From a virus (Duplodnaviria; Caudoviricetes), in IMG/VR virus record IMGVR_UViG_3300050014_000138, positions 1 through 61,287 of that record: a DNA stretch of 61,287 nt; one strand, written 5' to 3'. Under the pieces are notes generated by a model. The model was given only the letters and a program-made list of their open reading frames with translations. It was not told the DNA's origin and did no database searches. The position numbers were made by a program, and so were the translations under genes. Each line of letters opens with the position of its first letter. Positions within the stretch are counted from its first letter, which is position 1. Of this stretch, positions 48,612 through 58,283 are shown piece by piece.

Positions 48612-49295
48612 ATGGATGAAATGTTATCTAATCGTATAAAAGAAGAAGTTTATTTTTGGGATATGTTTTTAAAAGAAACTACTGTCCCCAATCATCCAAG
48701 TAGAGAATACTTGTTAAAACAATTTAACAAAGAAATAGAAGGTTCTCCATACATTACAAATTTAATTGATACATTACAAACTTCAAAATGTAAAATACTT
48801 GATGTTGGATCTGGACCTATACCAGTTTTATACAAAAAATATAAAACAAATACACAAATTGTATGTGTTGATTTATTAGCAAAAGAGTATTATAAACTAT
48901 ATAAAAAGTATAGAATATATCCTCCAATCATTCCTTTAGAATGTGACTGTGAACATTTATCCGATGTTTTTCCAGAAGATTATTTTGATATAGTATATGC
49001 CAAAAACAGTATAGATCATACTCAGAATCCATTAAAATGTATAGAAGAAATGGTTCGTGTTAGTAATAGTTATGTTATGTTAGATAGTTATGTTAATACT
49101 GGTACAAGTCAACGTTTTAATGGATTACATCAATGGGATTTTTATGTGAACGACAATAGTTTCTTTATAAAACATAAAGATGGAAGTATTGTTCTTGTAA
49201 ATGATGCATTTCCAAATATAGAATGCGTTAATTATGTCGAACACTGGAGAGAAAATGAAGATTTTGAATCAATTAATGTTATAATAAAAAAATGA
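48612..49295 (+). CDS. Class I SAM-dependent methyltransferase
   Basis: ILDVGSGP, VD.LA, FDIVYAKNSIDH, GLHQW. Confidence 0.85.
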   Translation: MDEMLSNRIKEEVYFWDMFLKETTVPNHPSREYLLKQFNKEIEGSPYITNLIDTLQTSKCKILDVGSGPIPVLYKKYKTNTQIVCVDLLAKEYYKLYKKYRIYPPIIPLECDCEHLSDVFPEDYFDIVYAKNSIDHTQNPLKCIEEMVRVSNSYVMLDSYVNTGTSQRFNGLHQWDFYVNDNSFFIKHKDGSIVLVNDAFPNIECVNYVEHWRENEDFESINVIIKK

Positions 49296-49984
49296 AGATT
49301 TCACAATTGAATGATGGGTTAACCAGGGAATTATTTTGTTGGGATGGATTTTTTTATTCTTCTACGAATGATAGAGATAAATTACATCGAAAATATTTAA
49401 ATAATAGATTAGATACAAATTTTTCAATTGGGAACCTTGTAAAATCAGCAATGGATCCAAATGAACAAGTATATAATATTTTAGATGTTGGATCAGGTCC
49501 ACTTCCATTCTTGGGTAGAAAATGGGATAATAAAGTTTTAAATATTATATGCGTAGATTTGTTGGCAGAAGAATATTATAAACTATATAAAAAGTATAGG
49601 ATATACCCTCCAAACATACCAATCAAATGTGATATTGAAAGTTTATCTGATATGTTTCCTGACAACTATTTTGATTTGGTTTATGCTAGAAACAGTATAG
49701 ATCATACTCAGAATCCATTAAAATGTATAAAAGAAATGATGGTTGTATCTAAAAAAACTATTTTATTGGAACATACTCTTAATGAAGGTTTAAAAGAACA
49801 ATATGATGGATTGCATCAATGGAATTTTAACATGAAAAATGAAAATTTTATAATAGGTGATAAAAATGGTGTTGAAACTGTTGTGAATAATGTTTTAACT
49901 AATGTTAGTATATGTTGTAATATTGGAGTTGAGGAAGAAGAAGGTCATGATAATTGGTTGTCGGTAATAATAAAAAAATTATGA
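49292..49984 (+). CDS. Class I SAM-dependent methyltransferase, tandem paralog
   Basis: Same motifs; shares 40-bp and 26-bp identical tracts with 48612-49295. Confidence 0.85.
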   Translation: MKISQLNDGLTRELFCWDGFFYSSTNDRDKLHRKYLNNRLDTNFSIGNLVKSAMDPNEQVYNILDVGSGPLPFLGRKWDNKVLNIICVDLLAEEYYKLYKKYRIYPPNIPIKCDIESLSDMFPDNYFDLVYARNSIDHTQNPLKCIKEMMVVSKKTILLEHTLNEGLKEQYDGLHQWNFNMKNENFIIGDKNGVETVVNNVLTNVSICCNIGVEEEEGHDNWLSVIIKKL

Positions 49985-50907
49985 ATATTTTATTGGTAGT
50001 TCATAGAACGTATCCATATCCTGGTGGATCGGAATATCTTGTTAAAGTTGTAAGTGAAGAATTGGATAGTCGTGGGCATAATGTTACAATTTTGACAGAT
50101 GTATGTGATTTAAATTATACTAAGATTAATATTACAACTGATAGAACTGAACTATTTAACGATAAATATGATTGGATTATTATACATGGATCGGATATGC
50201 CAACACAAAATTTTGCATTGGATAACATACAGAAGTTAAAAAGTAAAGTTTTTTACTGGATAATTTTTCCATCAAATAGTAAGTCCGCTATGAACGGACT
50301 ATATAATGCTAATAAATTAGGATATGGAACAAGTTTTGATTTGGATCATATAAAAAAGTTTAATCTTTTAAACAAATCCTATTTTATACGTTATTCTATA
50401 GACTCGAACGATTGTATTGGACGATATGGGTTTAAAACCAAGTATAACATAACAACTGATAAAATGATTTTGGCTTCTGCAAAGAATTCTAATCAATTAA
50501 TAACACATTTCAGAAACAATCCAATTGAAAACACTACGTTAGTAACATGTGGATATTACCCGCAAGGTACTATAGATGAAAGTAATATAAAAACGTTTTC
50601 CTTCAACAATAGGCAAGATTATTTAGATGCGTTAATTGAAAGTGATTATTATATATCCAATAGTTTGGAGGAGGGATTTGGACTTGTAATATTAGATTGT
50701 ATGCTAAATAAAATTCCATGGTTTTTTAGGCACACCGGCGGTGGTCTAGAGTTATATATGTATGGAAACCTATTTACTAGTATGGAAGATTTATTTTATA
50801 AAATTAGAAATTGTGACATAAATAAAGTTAACCTTGCATACGATTATGTCATTTCTAATAGATTATCTAAAAATATAGGCGATGATTTTGAAAATGCGTT
50901 AAAATAA
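49981..50907 (+). CDS. GT4-like glycosyltransferase
   Basis: P..GGSE, RGH.VT, EEGFGLVILD. Confidence 0.8.
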   Translation: MNILLVVHRTYPYPGGSEYLVKVVSEELDSRGHNVTILTDVCDLNYTKINITTDRTELFNDKYDWIIIHGSDMPTQNFALDNIQKLKSKVFYWIIFPSNSKSAMNGLYNANKLGYGTSFDLDHIKKFNLLNKSYFIRYSIDSNDCIGRYGFKTKYNITTDKMILASAKNSNQLITHFRNNPIENTTLVTCGYYPQGTIDESNIKTFSFNNRQDYLDALIESDYYISNSLEEGFGLVILDCMLNKIPWFFRHTGGGLELYMYGNLFTSMEDLFYKIRNCDINKVNLAYDYVISNRLSKNIGDDFENALK

Positions 50908-50971
50908 TACATTATTTTAGTGGTTATATATCATATAGTTTGCCCGTTGTGTTTTATATTTATACACATAT

Positions 50972-52372
50972 ATGAGCGATTATAAGAAATACCTTTTGCG
51001 TCAGTTGGGCATTAAAGAGTCTCAACTTCCACGTTCCGTTGTAGAAAAAAATGAATTTCCTGGTATAGATCCAGACGAATTGGAAGCGGGGACTAAAGAT
51101 GAAGAGGGAGAACATAATATGTCTCCTGAGAAAGCTAAACAAACGGCAATTCAACATCTTAAAGAACCAGATCAAGCGCATTATTATAGTGGAATGGAAA
51201 AGGCGCAAGAAAAAGGTATGTTGAAAGATATGCTTATGGGAAAAGTTCCATCAGCAGCGCAACAAATGGTATCCCCTACGGCAATACGTGTTCCAATAAT
51301 TGGAGTATCAGTTAGAGGTAGTTCTACGGGTGGACTTCCATCGGGAATAGATCAAACTCAAAAAAATATTACTCCATCTAACTTTGGTGGATATCAAAAA
51401 ATTCCAGTAGATTCGCCTAATAGTAAACTTATAAATAAAACTCCAGTTAATCCTCAGATTGGTTCTGATGAACCAATTGCTAATACAACTGAACCAACTC
51501 CAGAAGATCCACATCCACATCAGTCTCAGAATTCATCTGGTGAACCTCCACAAGCAGTTACGGGAGCATCTACAGATAGTGATAATTCGCTTACATTAAA
51601 ATCTGCAATGCCTAAAGAAATTGATATTGATGTATCTGAAGAAGATGATCATAAGTTTGAACCCGTTGCAGATGAAAATCCAGAATCAACTTCTCCTAAT
51701 AAAGAAGGTATGGTGAATGAAGGTAAACATAAAGCAGGGTGTAAATGTGGATTTTGTGCTAATAAAGGAACTTTCGGAAAGAAGAAAAAAGAAAATGATG
51801 ATTCCGATGATAAAGATGAATCTGATAAAGACGACAAGAACGATTACAAAGTTAAAAAGAAATTTGGAAAAGATGAGGAAGAAGTAAATGAAACATTTGC
51901 TCGTCATAAAAAGTTTCTAAATAATAAACTTTCAGAATCTACTGAAAAAGTAAAATGTAAAAAATGTGGAAAAATGTTTACTCCAAATTATGGAGAGTAT
52001 AGTAGATGTCCTGATTGCCTTGCGTCAGAACATGAGGCTGGTGAAAAGGCAACTGGTGTTCAAGAAAATGTAAAAATACCTACAGAAAAATTAATATCTA
52101 TTAATGAGTCATTACGTGCTAAGTTTTTAACAGGTAATGGGTTATCTGAAAAAGAATCAAAACTTTCACGTAGAGTTAATGCAGCATTAAATATGAGGAA
52201 GGCGAATGAAGGAATTGCAACAACTGCATTGGCTGCTTATGGTGCAGGAGCACTTGCTCGAAATGTATATGATTCTGGTAAACGGTTTTTACAAACAAGA
52301 AAATGTAAAAAATGTGGAAAGATAAAAACTGATTGTAAATGTAAAGATAATACACAATCAGATAAAAAATAA
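50972..52372 (+). CDS. Low-complexity protein with DUF5661-like N-terminus and Zn-ribbon motifs, possibly virion-internal
   Basis: EL..G...E..EH.....A...A..HLKE....YY; CKCGFC, CKKC..CPDC; P/S/E-rich linkers. Confidence 0.55.
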   Translation: MSDYKKYLLRQLGIKESQLPRSVVEKNEFPGIDPDELEAGTKDEEGEHNMSPEKAKQTAIQHLKEPDQAHYYSGMEKAQEKGMLKDMLMGKVPSAAQQMVSPTAIRVPIIGVSVRGSSTGGLPSGIDQTQKNITPSNFGGYQKIPVDSPNSKLINKTPVNPQIGSDEPIANTTEPTPEDPHPHQSQNSSGEPPQAVTGASTDSDNSLTLKSAMPKEIDIDVSEEDDHKFEPVADENPESTSPNKEGMVNEGKHKAGCKCGFCANKGTFGKKKKENDDSDDKDESDKDDKNDYKVKKKFGKDEEEVNETFARHKKFLNNKLSESTEKVKCKKCGKMFTPNYGEYSRCPDCLASEHEAGEKATGVQENVKIPTEKLISINESLRAKFLTGNGLSEKESKLSRRVNAALNMRKANEGIATTALAAYGAGALARNVYDSGKRFLQTRKCKKCGKIKTDCKCKDNTQSDKK

Positions 52373-52375
52373 TCT

Positions 52376-53212
52376 ATGTCTGAACAATTGACTAACCCTC
52401 AAGAAACGAATGGGAGTCCAGAGTTAAAACAGAAACTTGGCTCCCTATATGTATATCTTGCACAGAAACTTGGGATTAAATCATCACCAAGTAAAGTAGT
52501 GTTTACTAAAAATATAAAAAATGCAGAAAATCCATTCGGATTAACTGGGTATTATGATCAAAAAACACGAATTATTAGATTATACGTTACGGATAGACAT
52601 GAAACCGATATTCTACGTTCATTTGCTCATGAAATAATTCATCATTGGCAAAATGAACGTGGAACTCTCAATCCTGTGGGGAAACCTGAACCAGCAAAAT
52701 CACATTATGCACAAACTGATTCAAATCTTCGGAGAAGAGAAATGGAAGCATATTTGTTTGGAAATATATTATTTCGTGATTGGCAAGATGAAAATAGATA
52801 TGGACCTCCATCGGTTCAACCAGTTCTTCCACAACCTTTAGACGAAAATTTAGAGTTGTCAGATGGTAGAGGATTGAGACTTAAGGTTCAAGAGTTTGTT
52901 AAACAGTTAATAGGTGATGGAGTACTAAATTCACGACATAGAAAATTAACATCTGGAGATATGGATCCTTCAGATTTTGCTGAAGATTTACAACACAAAT
53001 TAATATCATCTATTGAAGAATGGATTCAGACAGTTAATAATCGTGGGAACTGGGAAAACCAGTCTGATATGATTAAAGAAAATAATGTGGTTTGTCAGAA
53101 TTGTGGACATGGGTGTAATTATTCCCAAGTAGGAGAATGTTGTATGGGAGCTATAAAATGTCCTAATTGTAAAATGACTATGAATCAAGAAGGAATAGTA
53201 TATGGCGGATGA
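52376..53212 (+). CDS. Zincin-like metalloprotease domain protein with C-terminal Zn ribbon
   Basis: TGYYD...I.LY...RH..DILRSFAHEIIH, E.EAY; CQNC...CPNC. Confidence 0.7.
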   Translation: MSEQLTNPQETNGSPELKQKLGSLYVYLAQKLGIKSSPSKVVFTKNIKNAENPFGLTGYYDQKTRIIRLYVTDRHETDILRSFAHEIIHHWQNERGTLNPVGKPEPAKSHYAQTDSNLRRREMEAYLFGNILFRDWQDENRYGPPSVQPVLPQPLDENLELSDGRGLRLKVQEFVKQLIGDGVLNSRHRKLTSGDMDPSDFAEDLQHKLISSIEEWIQTVNNRGNWENQSDMIKENNVVCQNCGHGCNYSQVGECCMGAIKCPNCKMTMNQEGIVYGG

Positions 53213-53648
53213 ATTTGAAAATATTAATAGTAGAATACCTGATTTATCTTCAGCACTTGCCCAACGTATAGCATCTAAATCAGGAACTAATATTAATGGA
53301 ACATTACCACCTCCTGGAACGGTTGATCCTTATAAGATAATGCTTAAGAGAAAACAGGATGAAATTGGTGAAGTAGATCCAAATACAATTCAAAAATGGC
53401 CCGATGATTCGGTTAAAAAATTACAAGATTATTGTAATAAAATGGGAATTTATGGGTATAATAGTGGACGAATGAACCCACTTGCGGCTTTAGCATTATT
53501 AAAAAAACAATTTGGAGATGATTATACCGATGTTCCTTTAGAGCAGCGTGTTCCAGAAGGTTATGAAAAACGTGGTACACCTTCTGGATATGGTCCTAAC
53601 TATCCATATACTCAGGCAATGAATAAAAAACAGATAATCCACGGATAA
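53202..53648 (+). CDS. Hypothetical protein
   Basis: 148-aa ORF, AAGGA RBS. Confidence 0.6.
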   Translation: MADEFENINSRIPDLSSALAQRIASKSGTNINGTLPPPGTVDPYKIMLKRKQDEIGEVDPNTIQKWPDDSVKKLQDYCNKMGIYGYNSGRMNPLAALALLKKQFGDDYTDVPLEQRVPEGYEKRGTPSGYGPNYPYTQAMNKKQIIHG

Positions 53649-53677
53649 ATTTGTTATAAGTTAAATAAGTTAATTTT

Positions 53678-54601
53678 ATGAAGATATATAATATAAAAAA
53701 TATTGGGTTGATTATTGTTTTAGCACTGTCAATGTTAGTTACAAGTTGTAGTACCAGTGGCACTTATGGTGAACGTTCTATAAAAGAAGATGCTGGCAAA
53801 TCAAAAATTGAACAGGTTGATAAAAGTATAAACAATAACAATATAAAGAGACTGGATTATATTGGGGAGTATAGTTACGGTATTCAATATTCATTAGACC
53901 AAACCAATAATATAATAATGATTGAACAATTAAATAAAAGGATACAATCATTAAGTAATTTGCCGTCCATTGAGAAGATGAAATCAATGGAATTATTGGT
54001 TAATGAATTAAAGACAAATAACAATACATTATTACTCAAAAAGGATACCGAGATAGAAATTTTACAAAATAAAAATAAACAATTAACTATAGATAAAGAT
54101 ACCGCAGTGAATAATTATATTATATTAGCACATAATGCGTCATTACAGGCAGATACTTTTCAAGTATCATTAAATGAATATAAAGGTTGGTTTGGATTAA
54201 AAGCCGTATGGTTGGGATTAGTGCAATTTACTACCACTTCGTTTTGGACACTAATTATAATTGGGGTTATATTGTTGGTATTAAGAATATTTACATCTAC
54301 TAATCCTATTGCAGGGGCAATATTTAGTATATTCAATGTAATAGGTGGATATTTTATTAAATTCATTAAAGTATTAATACCTAAAGCAGTTGAATATTCA
54401 GGCAACATAGCAACAACTGCATATACCAATATGAAATCATTATTAACAAAAATAGTGGATAATATACAAGCCCTCAAAGATATGCAAACAAAATTGGGGC
54501 ATGATATTACGTTGAAAGAATTATTTGTTGAATTAGATAAGAGTCTGGACGTTAACGAAAAAGAAGTAATTGATAAGATAAAGAAGGGGTTGGGGTATTA
54601 A
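53678..54601 (+). CDS. Lipoprotein with coiled coil and C-terminal transmembrane helices (spanin-like?)
   Basis: Lipobox LVTS|C, long coiled coil, hydrophobic FWTLIIIGVILLVL and GAIFSIFNVIGG segments. Confidence 0.55.
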   Translation: MKIYNIKNIGLIIVLALSMLVTSCSTSGTYGERSIKEDAGKSKIEQVDKSINNNNIKRLDYIGEYSYGIQYSLDQTNNIIMIEQLNKRIQSLSNLPSIEKMKSMELLVNELKTNNNTLLLKKDTEIEILQNKNKQLTIDKDTAVNNYIILAHNASLQADTFQVSLNEYKGWFGLKAVWLGLVQFTTTSFWTLIIIGVILLVLRIFTSTNPIAGAIFSIFNVIGGYFIKFIKVLIPKAVEYSGNIATTAYTNMKSLLTKIVDNIQALKDMQTKLGHDITLKELFVELDKSLDVNEKEVIDKIKKGLGY

Positions 54602-54631
54602 ACAATATTTATGTATAACGATTATAAAATT

Positions 54632-54976
54632 ATGAAAAAACAAGATTTAAAAAATGTTATTAAGGAGGTTGTTCGTGAAAGTTTGAACGAATGTGAATAC
54701 AAACAACTTTTGAAAGAAGTTTCTCCTCCTGGAGAAAAATCTGAAAAAATGATTCAACACGTTAAAGCATCGTTGCGTAAATCTCATCCAGATTGGAGTG
54801 AAGATAAAATTACAGGAGTTGCAATAGCAACTGGATGGAAAGCATATAATAATGGAAGTGTAAAAGAAGCAGGATTAACAAGTGAGACTGCTTATAAGAT
54901 TCAGGGTCCAAGTTCAAAGACATTTGATGACTCACAACAGTTTCCAGATGCGGTAAATAATCCAGAAAACGCATAA
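54632..54976 (+). CDS. Hypothetical, possibly virion-internal protein
   Basis: LKNVIKEVVRESLNE helix, repeated xxE sites, AIATGWK. Confidence 0.55.
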   Translation: MKKQDLKNVIKEVVRESLNECEYKQLLKEVSPPGEKSEKMIQHVKASLRKSHPDWSEDKITGVAIATGWKAYNNGSVKEAGLTSETAYKIQGPSSKTFDDSQQFPDAVNNPENA

Positions 54977-55084
54977 ACATATTAAAATAAGTTGCAATTT
55001 AATTGAATTTAAGTCATAATATGAACCGTGATAATATATTATGATTATTGTTAGTTATATCACACAGACACTAAGGAAAATTAT

Positions 55085-55393
55085 ATGACGTTTTATGTAG
55101 TTGATACAACACTAAATCCGCCTCAAACGAGGCAATTTGAATACTATACACAAATTGTAAAGTATCTTGAGGAAATGTGTCAAAGAACATTTGGACAAAG
55201 TAGGAAATCCAGAATGCTAATGTTAGAAGAAATTGGTTATGGGTATGATGATACTCAAGGAGTTTCGTTTGTTAGATCCATGGCAGAAAAATTTAATATG
55301 GGAATATATAGAAACGATGCGGGAAATGTTCATCCAATGAGATGTGATATAGCAAATGTTGCATTGTATCAAAACGAAGATTTTGGGAATTAA
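55085..55393 (+). CDS. Hypothetical protein
   Basis: AAGGA RBS; upstream TTGCAA-17-CATAAT. Confidence 0.6.
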   Translation: MTFYVVDTTLNPPQTRQFEYYTQIVKYLEEMCQRTFGQSRKSRMLMLEEIGYGYDDTQGVSFVRSMAEKFNMGIYRNDAGNVHPMRCDIANVALYQNEDFGN

Positions 55394-55409
55394 TAATATT
55401 AAATAAGTT

Positions 55410-57026
55410 ATGTTAGATATTCGGTGGAGTTCACCAACAGAAATTAAAGATGGGTTCACTTCTAAGTGGAAACGGGAGTGGTGCATTCCAACCGAAATGA
55501 CTAATGGATTTTTTGAATTTTGGAAGCGTAATCGGTTCAAACTTCTATCTGAAGGATTTACTGTAACTAAAAGTAAATTGACTGGAAAGTGGTATTTATA
55601 TGAAACGAAAGATGATGTATCTTTGTTTAAATCTTTTGGAACTTCCGAACCTTCTAATAAACCCGTTGTTAAGTTTGAGTTACCTCCATATGATATAATA
55701 AAAAAAGATGGTCTTCGTTCATGGCAAGTTGGTGCGGTTGGTAAAATAATTTCTGCAATAAATCATTGGGGATCTGCGATTGACGGTTCTGAGTTAGGTA
55801 CTGGAAAAACCTATACTTCATGTGGAGTAGCTAGAGAAATGGATATACCATTTGTTATTGTATGCCCAAAACCAGTCATACATCAATGGAATAAAGTTAT
55901 TAAAAATCATTTTAAATTAAATGATTCTTTTAAAGGAATAATAAATTACGAACTTCTTATTCGTGGTAGAAAAGATTCTAACATAGCTTCTTATGTTTTA
56001 AGCCGACAAACTAAACGTAAACGGTTTGAATGGAAAGTCCCAAAAAAGACTCTTATTATATGGGATGAAGCTCACCGATTAAAAAACTGGAAAACAAAAG
56101 CATCCAAATCTTGCATAGAAGCATATAAACAAGGTTATCATCAATTGTTTTTGAGTGCTACACTAGCATCTAGTCCTCTTGATTTAAGAACAGTTGGTAC
56201 ATGTACAGGATTGTTTACTACAGCAAAAGAATATTATACGTGGGCAAAAGAGCATGGTGTGTATCTTGGTAATTGGGGTATGGAATTTAATAATGATCCA
56301 AAAGTATTAAAAAAGATACATACATACTTGTTTGAGCATCGTGGGGTAAGGTTATTAAGAGATATTATTCCAAACTTCCCAGAAACTGAAATCATCGTTA
56401 ATTCATATGATATGGATGAAGAAAGTGCAAGTAAAATACGAGATATCTATGATGAAATGAAGAAGGAGTTAAAAGTATTAACTACTAAAGAAAAACAGGA
56501 TGAAAGTGAAATGGCAATTAGAATTAGAGCACTTCAAAAAACTGAAATGTTAAAAGTTCCTTTAATGGAGGAAATGATTAGGGAAAGTATGGATGCTGGA
56601 ATGTCTGTTGTAGTATTTTTGAACTATTCAGATTCCATAGATGCGTTAGCAAGTCGTATGAATACTACATGTATTTATGATGGAAGAAATCAAAAAATAA
56701 GACAACGGAATATTGAATTGTTTCAATCTAATAAAGAAACACTTCTTATTACTAATATTGCTGCTGCAAGAGAGGGGTTAAATTTACAAGATTTGGATGG
56801 TAAACATCCTCGCTTATCACTTATATCTCCAACATATTCCATTGTCCATATAAAACAAGCGTTAGGACGTATTCATAGAGAAAGTTCTATGTCAAAAAGT
56901 ATCCAGAAGATAATTTATGTAGCAAATACTCAAGAAGATAATGTTGTTGATAGAATCGGTCAAAAATTGGAAAATCTTACATTAATAAATAATGGTGAAG
57001 TAACGGATAATGATTTAAAGATATAA
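55410..57026 (+). CDS. Superfamily 2 (SNF2/UvsW-like) helicase
   Basis: LR.WQ, LGTGKT, CPK, WDEAH, LSAT, EGLNL, QALGRIHR. Confidence 0.9.
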   Translation: MLDIRWSSPTEIKDGFTSKWKREWCIPTEMTNGFFEFWKRNRFKLLSEGFTVTKSKLTGKWYLYETKDDVSLFKSFGTSEPSNKPVVKFELPPYDIIKKDGLRSWQVGAVGKIISAINHWGSAIDGSELGTGKTYTSCGVAREMDIPFVIVCPKPVIHQWNKVIKNHFKLNDSFKGIINYELLIRGRKDSNIASYVLSRQTKRKRFEWKVPKKTLIIWDEAHRLKNWKTKASKSCIEAYKQGYHQLFLSATLASSPLDLRTVGTCTGLFTTAKEYYTWAKEHGVYLGNWGMEFNNDPKVLKKIHTYLFEHRGVRLLRDIIPNFPETEIIVNSYDMDEESASKIRDIYDEMKKELKVLTTKEKQDESEMAIRIRALQKTEMLKVPLMEEMIRESMDAGMSVVVFLNYSDSIDALASRMNTTCIYDGRNQKIRQRNIELFQSNKETLLITNIAAAREGLNLQDLDGKHPRLSLISPTYSIVHIKQALGRIHRESSMSKSIQKIIYVANTQEDNVVDRIGQKLENLTLINNGEVTDNDLKI

Positions 57027-57064
57027 TAAATATTTCTACGTTATATTTATATAAAAAGAAAGTT

Positions 57065-57223
57065 ATGGGAAGAAAATTAAAATCTAAAGAAGAAAAAGAT
57101 GAAAAACGAAGAGACAGACAAAACCGATACTATACCCGTCACAAAGAACGACTTAAACAAAGTAGAATGGATTATTATTGGCGGAAAAAAGAAATGGAAA
57201 AGAAATTGCCCCAATTGCCATAA
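57065..57223 (+). CDS. Small highly basic protein (52 aa) overlapping the endonuclease ORF
   Basis: MGRKLKSKEEKDEKRRDRQNRYYTRHKERLKQSRMDYYW...; TATTTATA motif upstream. Confidence 0.6.
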   Translation: MGRKLKSKEEKDEKRRDRQNRYYTRHKERLKQSRMDYYWRKKEMEKKLPQLP

Positions 57224-57908
57224 AGATATGTTATACGTGGAAAAATGTGGATGCGTTCGTGCTATAAAAAATAATAGTATGTGTTTAAGTTGTAATACCT
57301 CTATAAATAATAAGAAAAGAAATTCATGGTCGGGTCAAAACAATCCTTGGTATGGTATATCTAGATGTGGTGAGTCAAATCCATTTTATAAGAAAACTCA
57401 TTCGGAACAAACAAAGGAAATAATAGCAGAGAATACAAAAAAATCTTTAACTGGCACTAAACGCAGTATAGATACAAAATTAAAAATTTCACACGCATTA
57501 ATCGGAAAACCAAAATCACCAGAACATAAACTAAAATGTATAGTGAATGGTAAATGTGGATATATCGAATGGAAACGTAAAAATGGTATATTGAAAAGTG
57601 GATATAATCCGACTGCGTGTGAATATTTTAATAAGTTAAATGAAAAGATGGGGTGGAATTTACAACACGCACGCAATGGCGGTGAAATTAGATGTAATGT
57701 ATATTTTTTAGATGCGTATGATAAAAAGAATGGTATCGTGGTAGAATATGATGAACCATATCATTATGATGTATATGGGAAATTAAAAGAAAAAGATGTT
57801 ATAAGAATGAAATATATAATAAATAAGTTTCGATGTAGATTTTTTAGATATAAAGAAGAAACTCAAGAGTTAATGGAAATAACAGATAGTGATTTAAAAA
57901 TAGGATGA
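57099..57908 (+). mobile_element. NUMOD3 + Vsr-like endonuclease, putative homing endonuclease
   Basis: CPNC..CLSC, NPFYKKTHSEQTK repeats, QHA.NGGE, YFLDAYD, VEYDEPYH. Confidence 0.8.
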
Positions 57909-57917
57909 TATTTATAT

Positions 57918-58283
57918 ATGAAGATACATGACAAAAAAAATATGAAACAATCATCGACTATTAAAACAGTAGTAGTTAGATTAACAGCGGATAATGTGAC
58001 TGAATATGACATTGATACTGATATTTTTGATGATCCATATTTAGAAGCAGCTACTAGAGCAGTGGAAATATCCAAGGCTGAAATGCATAGTATTATTCGT
58101 GCGGTAGCTGAATGTTGGGATAAGAAAATTCCAAAAAAGTCATATATGTATAATTCATATTGGATCCTTGTTAATGCGGCATGTTATAATAAAGCAGAAC
58201 TATTACGAGAAAAATTTAAAGCACAAACAGATTGTGATTTAGCATTGGAACCAAAACATGGACGAAATCCCACAAACTCTTAA
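57918..58283 (+). CDS. Hypothetical protein
   Basis: 121-aa ORF. Confidence 0.6.
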   Translation: MKIHDKKNMKQSSTIKTVVVRLTADNVTEYDIDTDIFDDPYLEAATRAVEISKAEMHSIIRAVAECWDKKIPKKSYMYNSYWILVNAACYNKAELLREKFKAQTDCDLALEPKHGRNPTNS

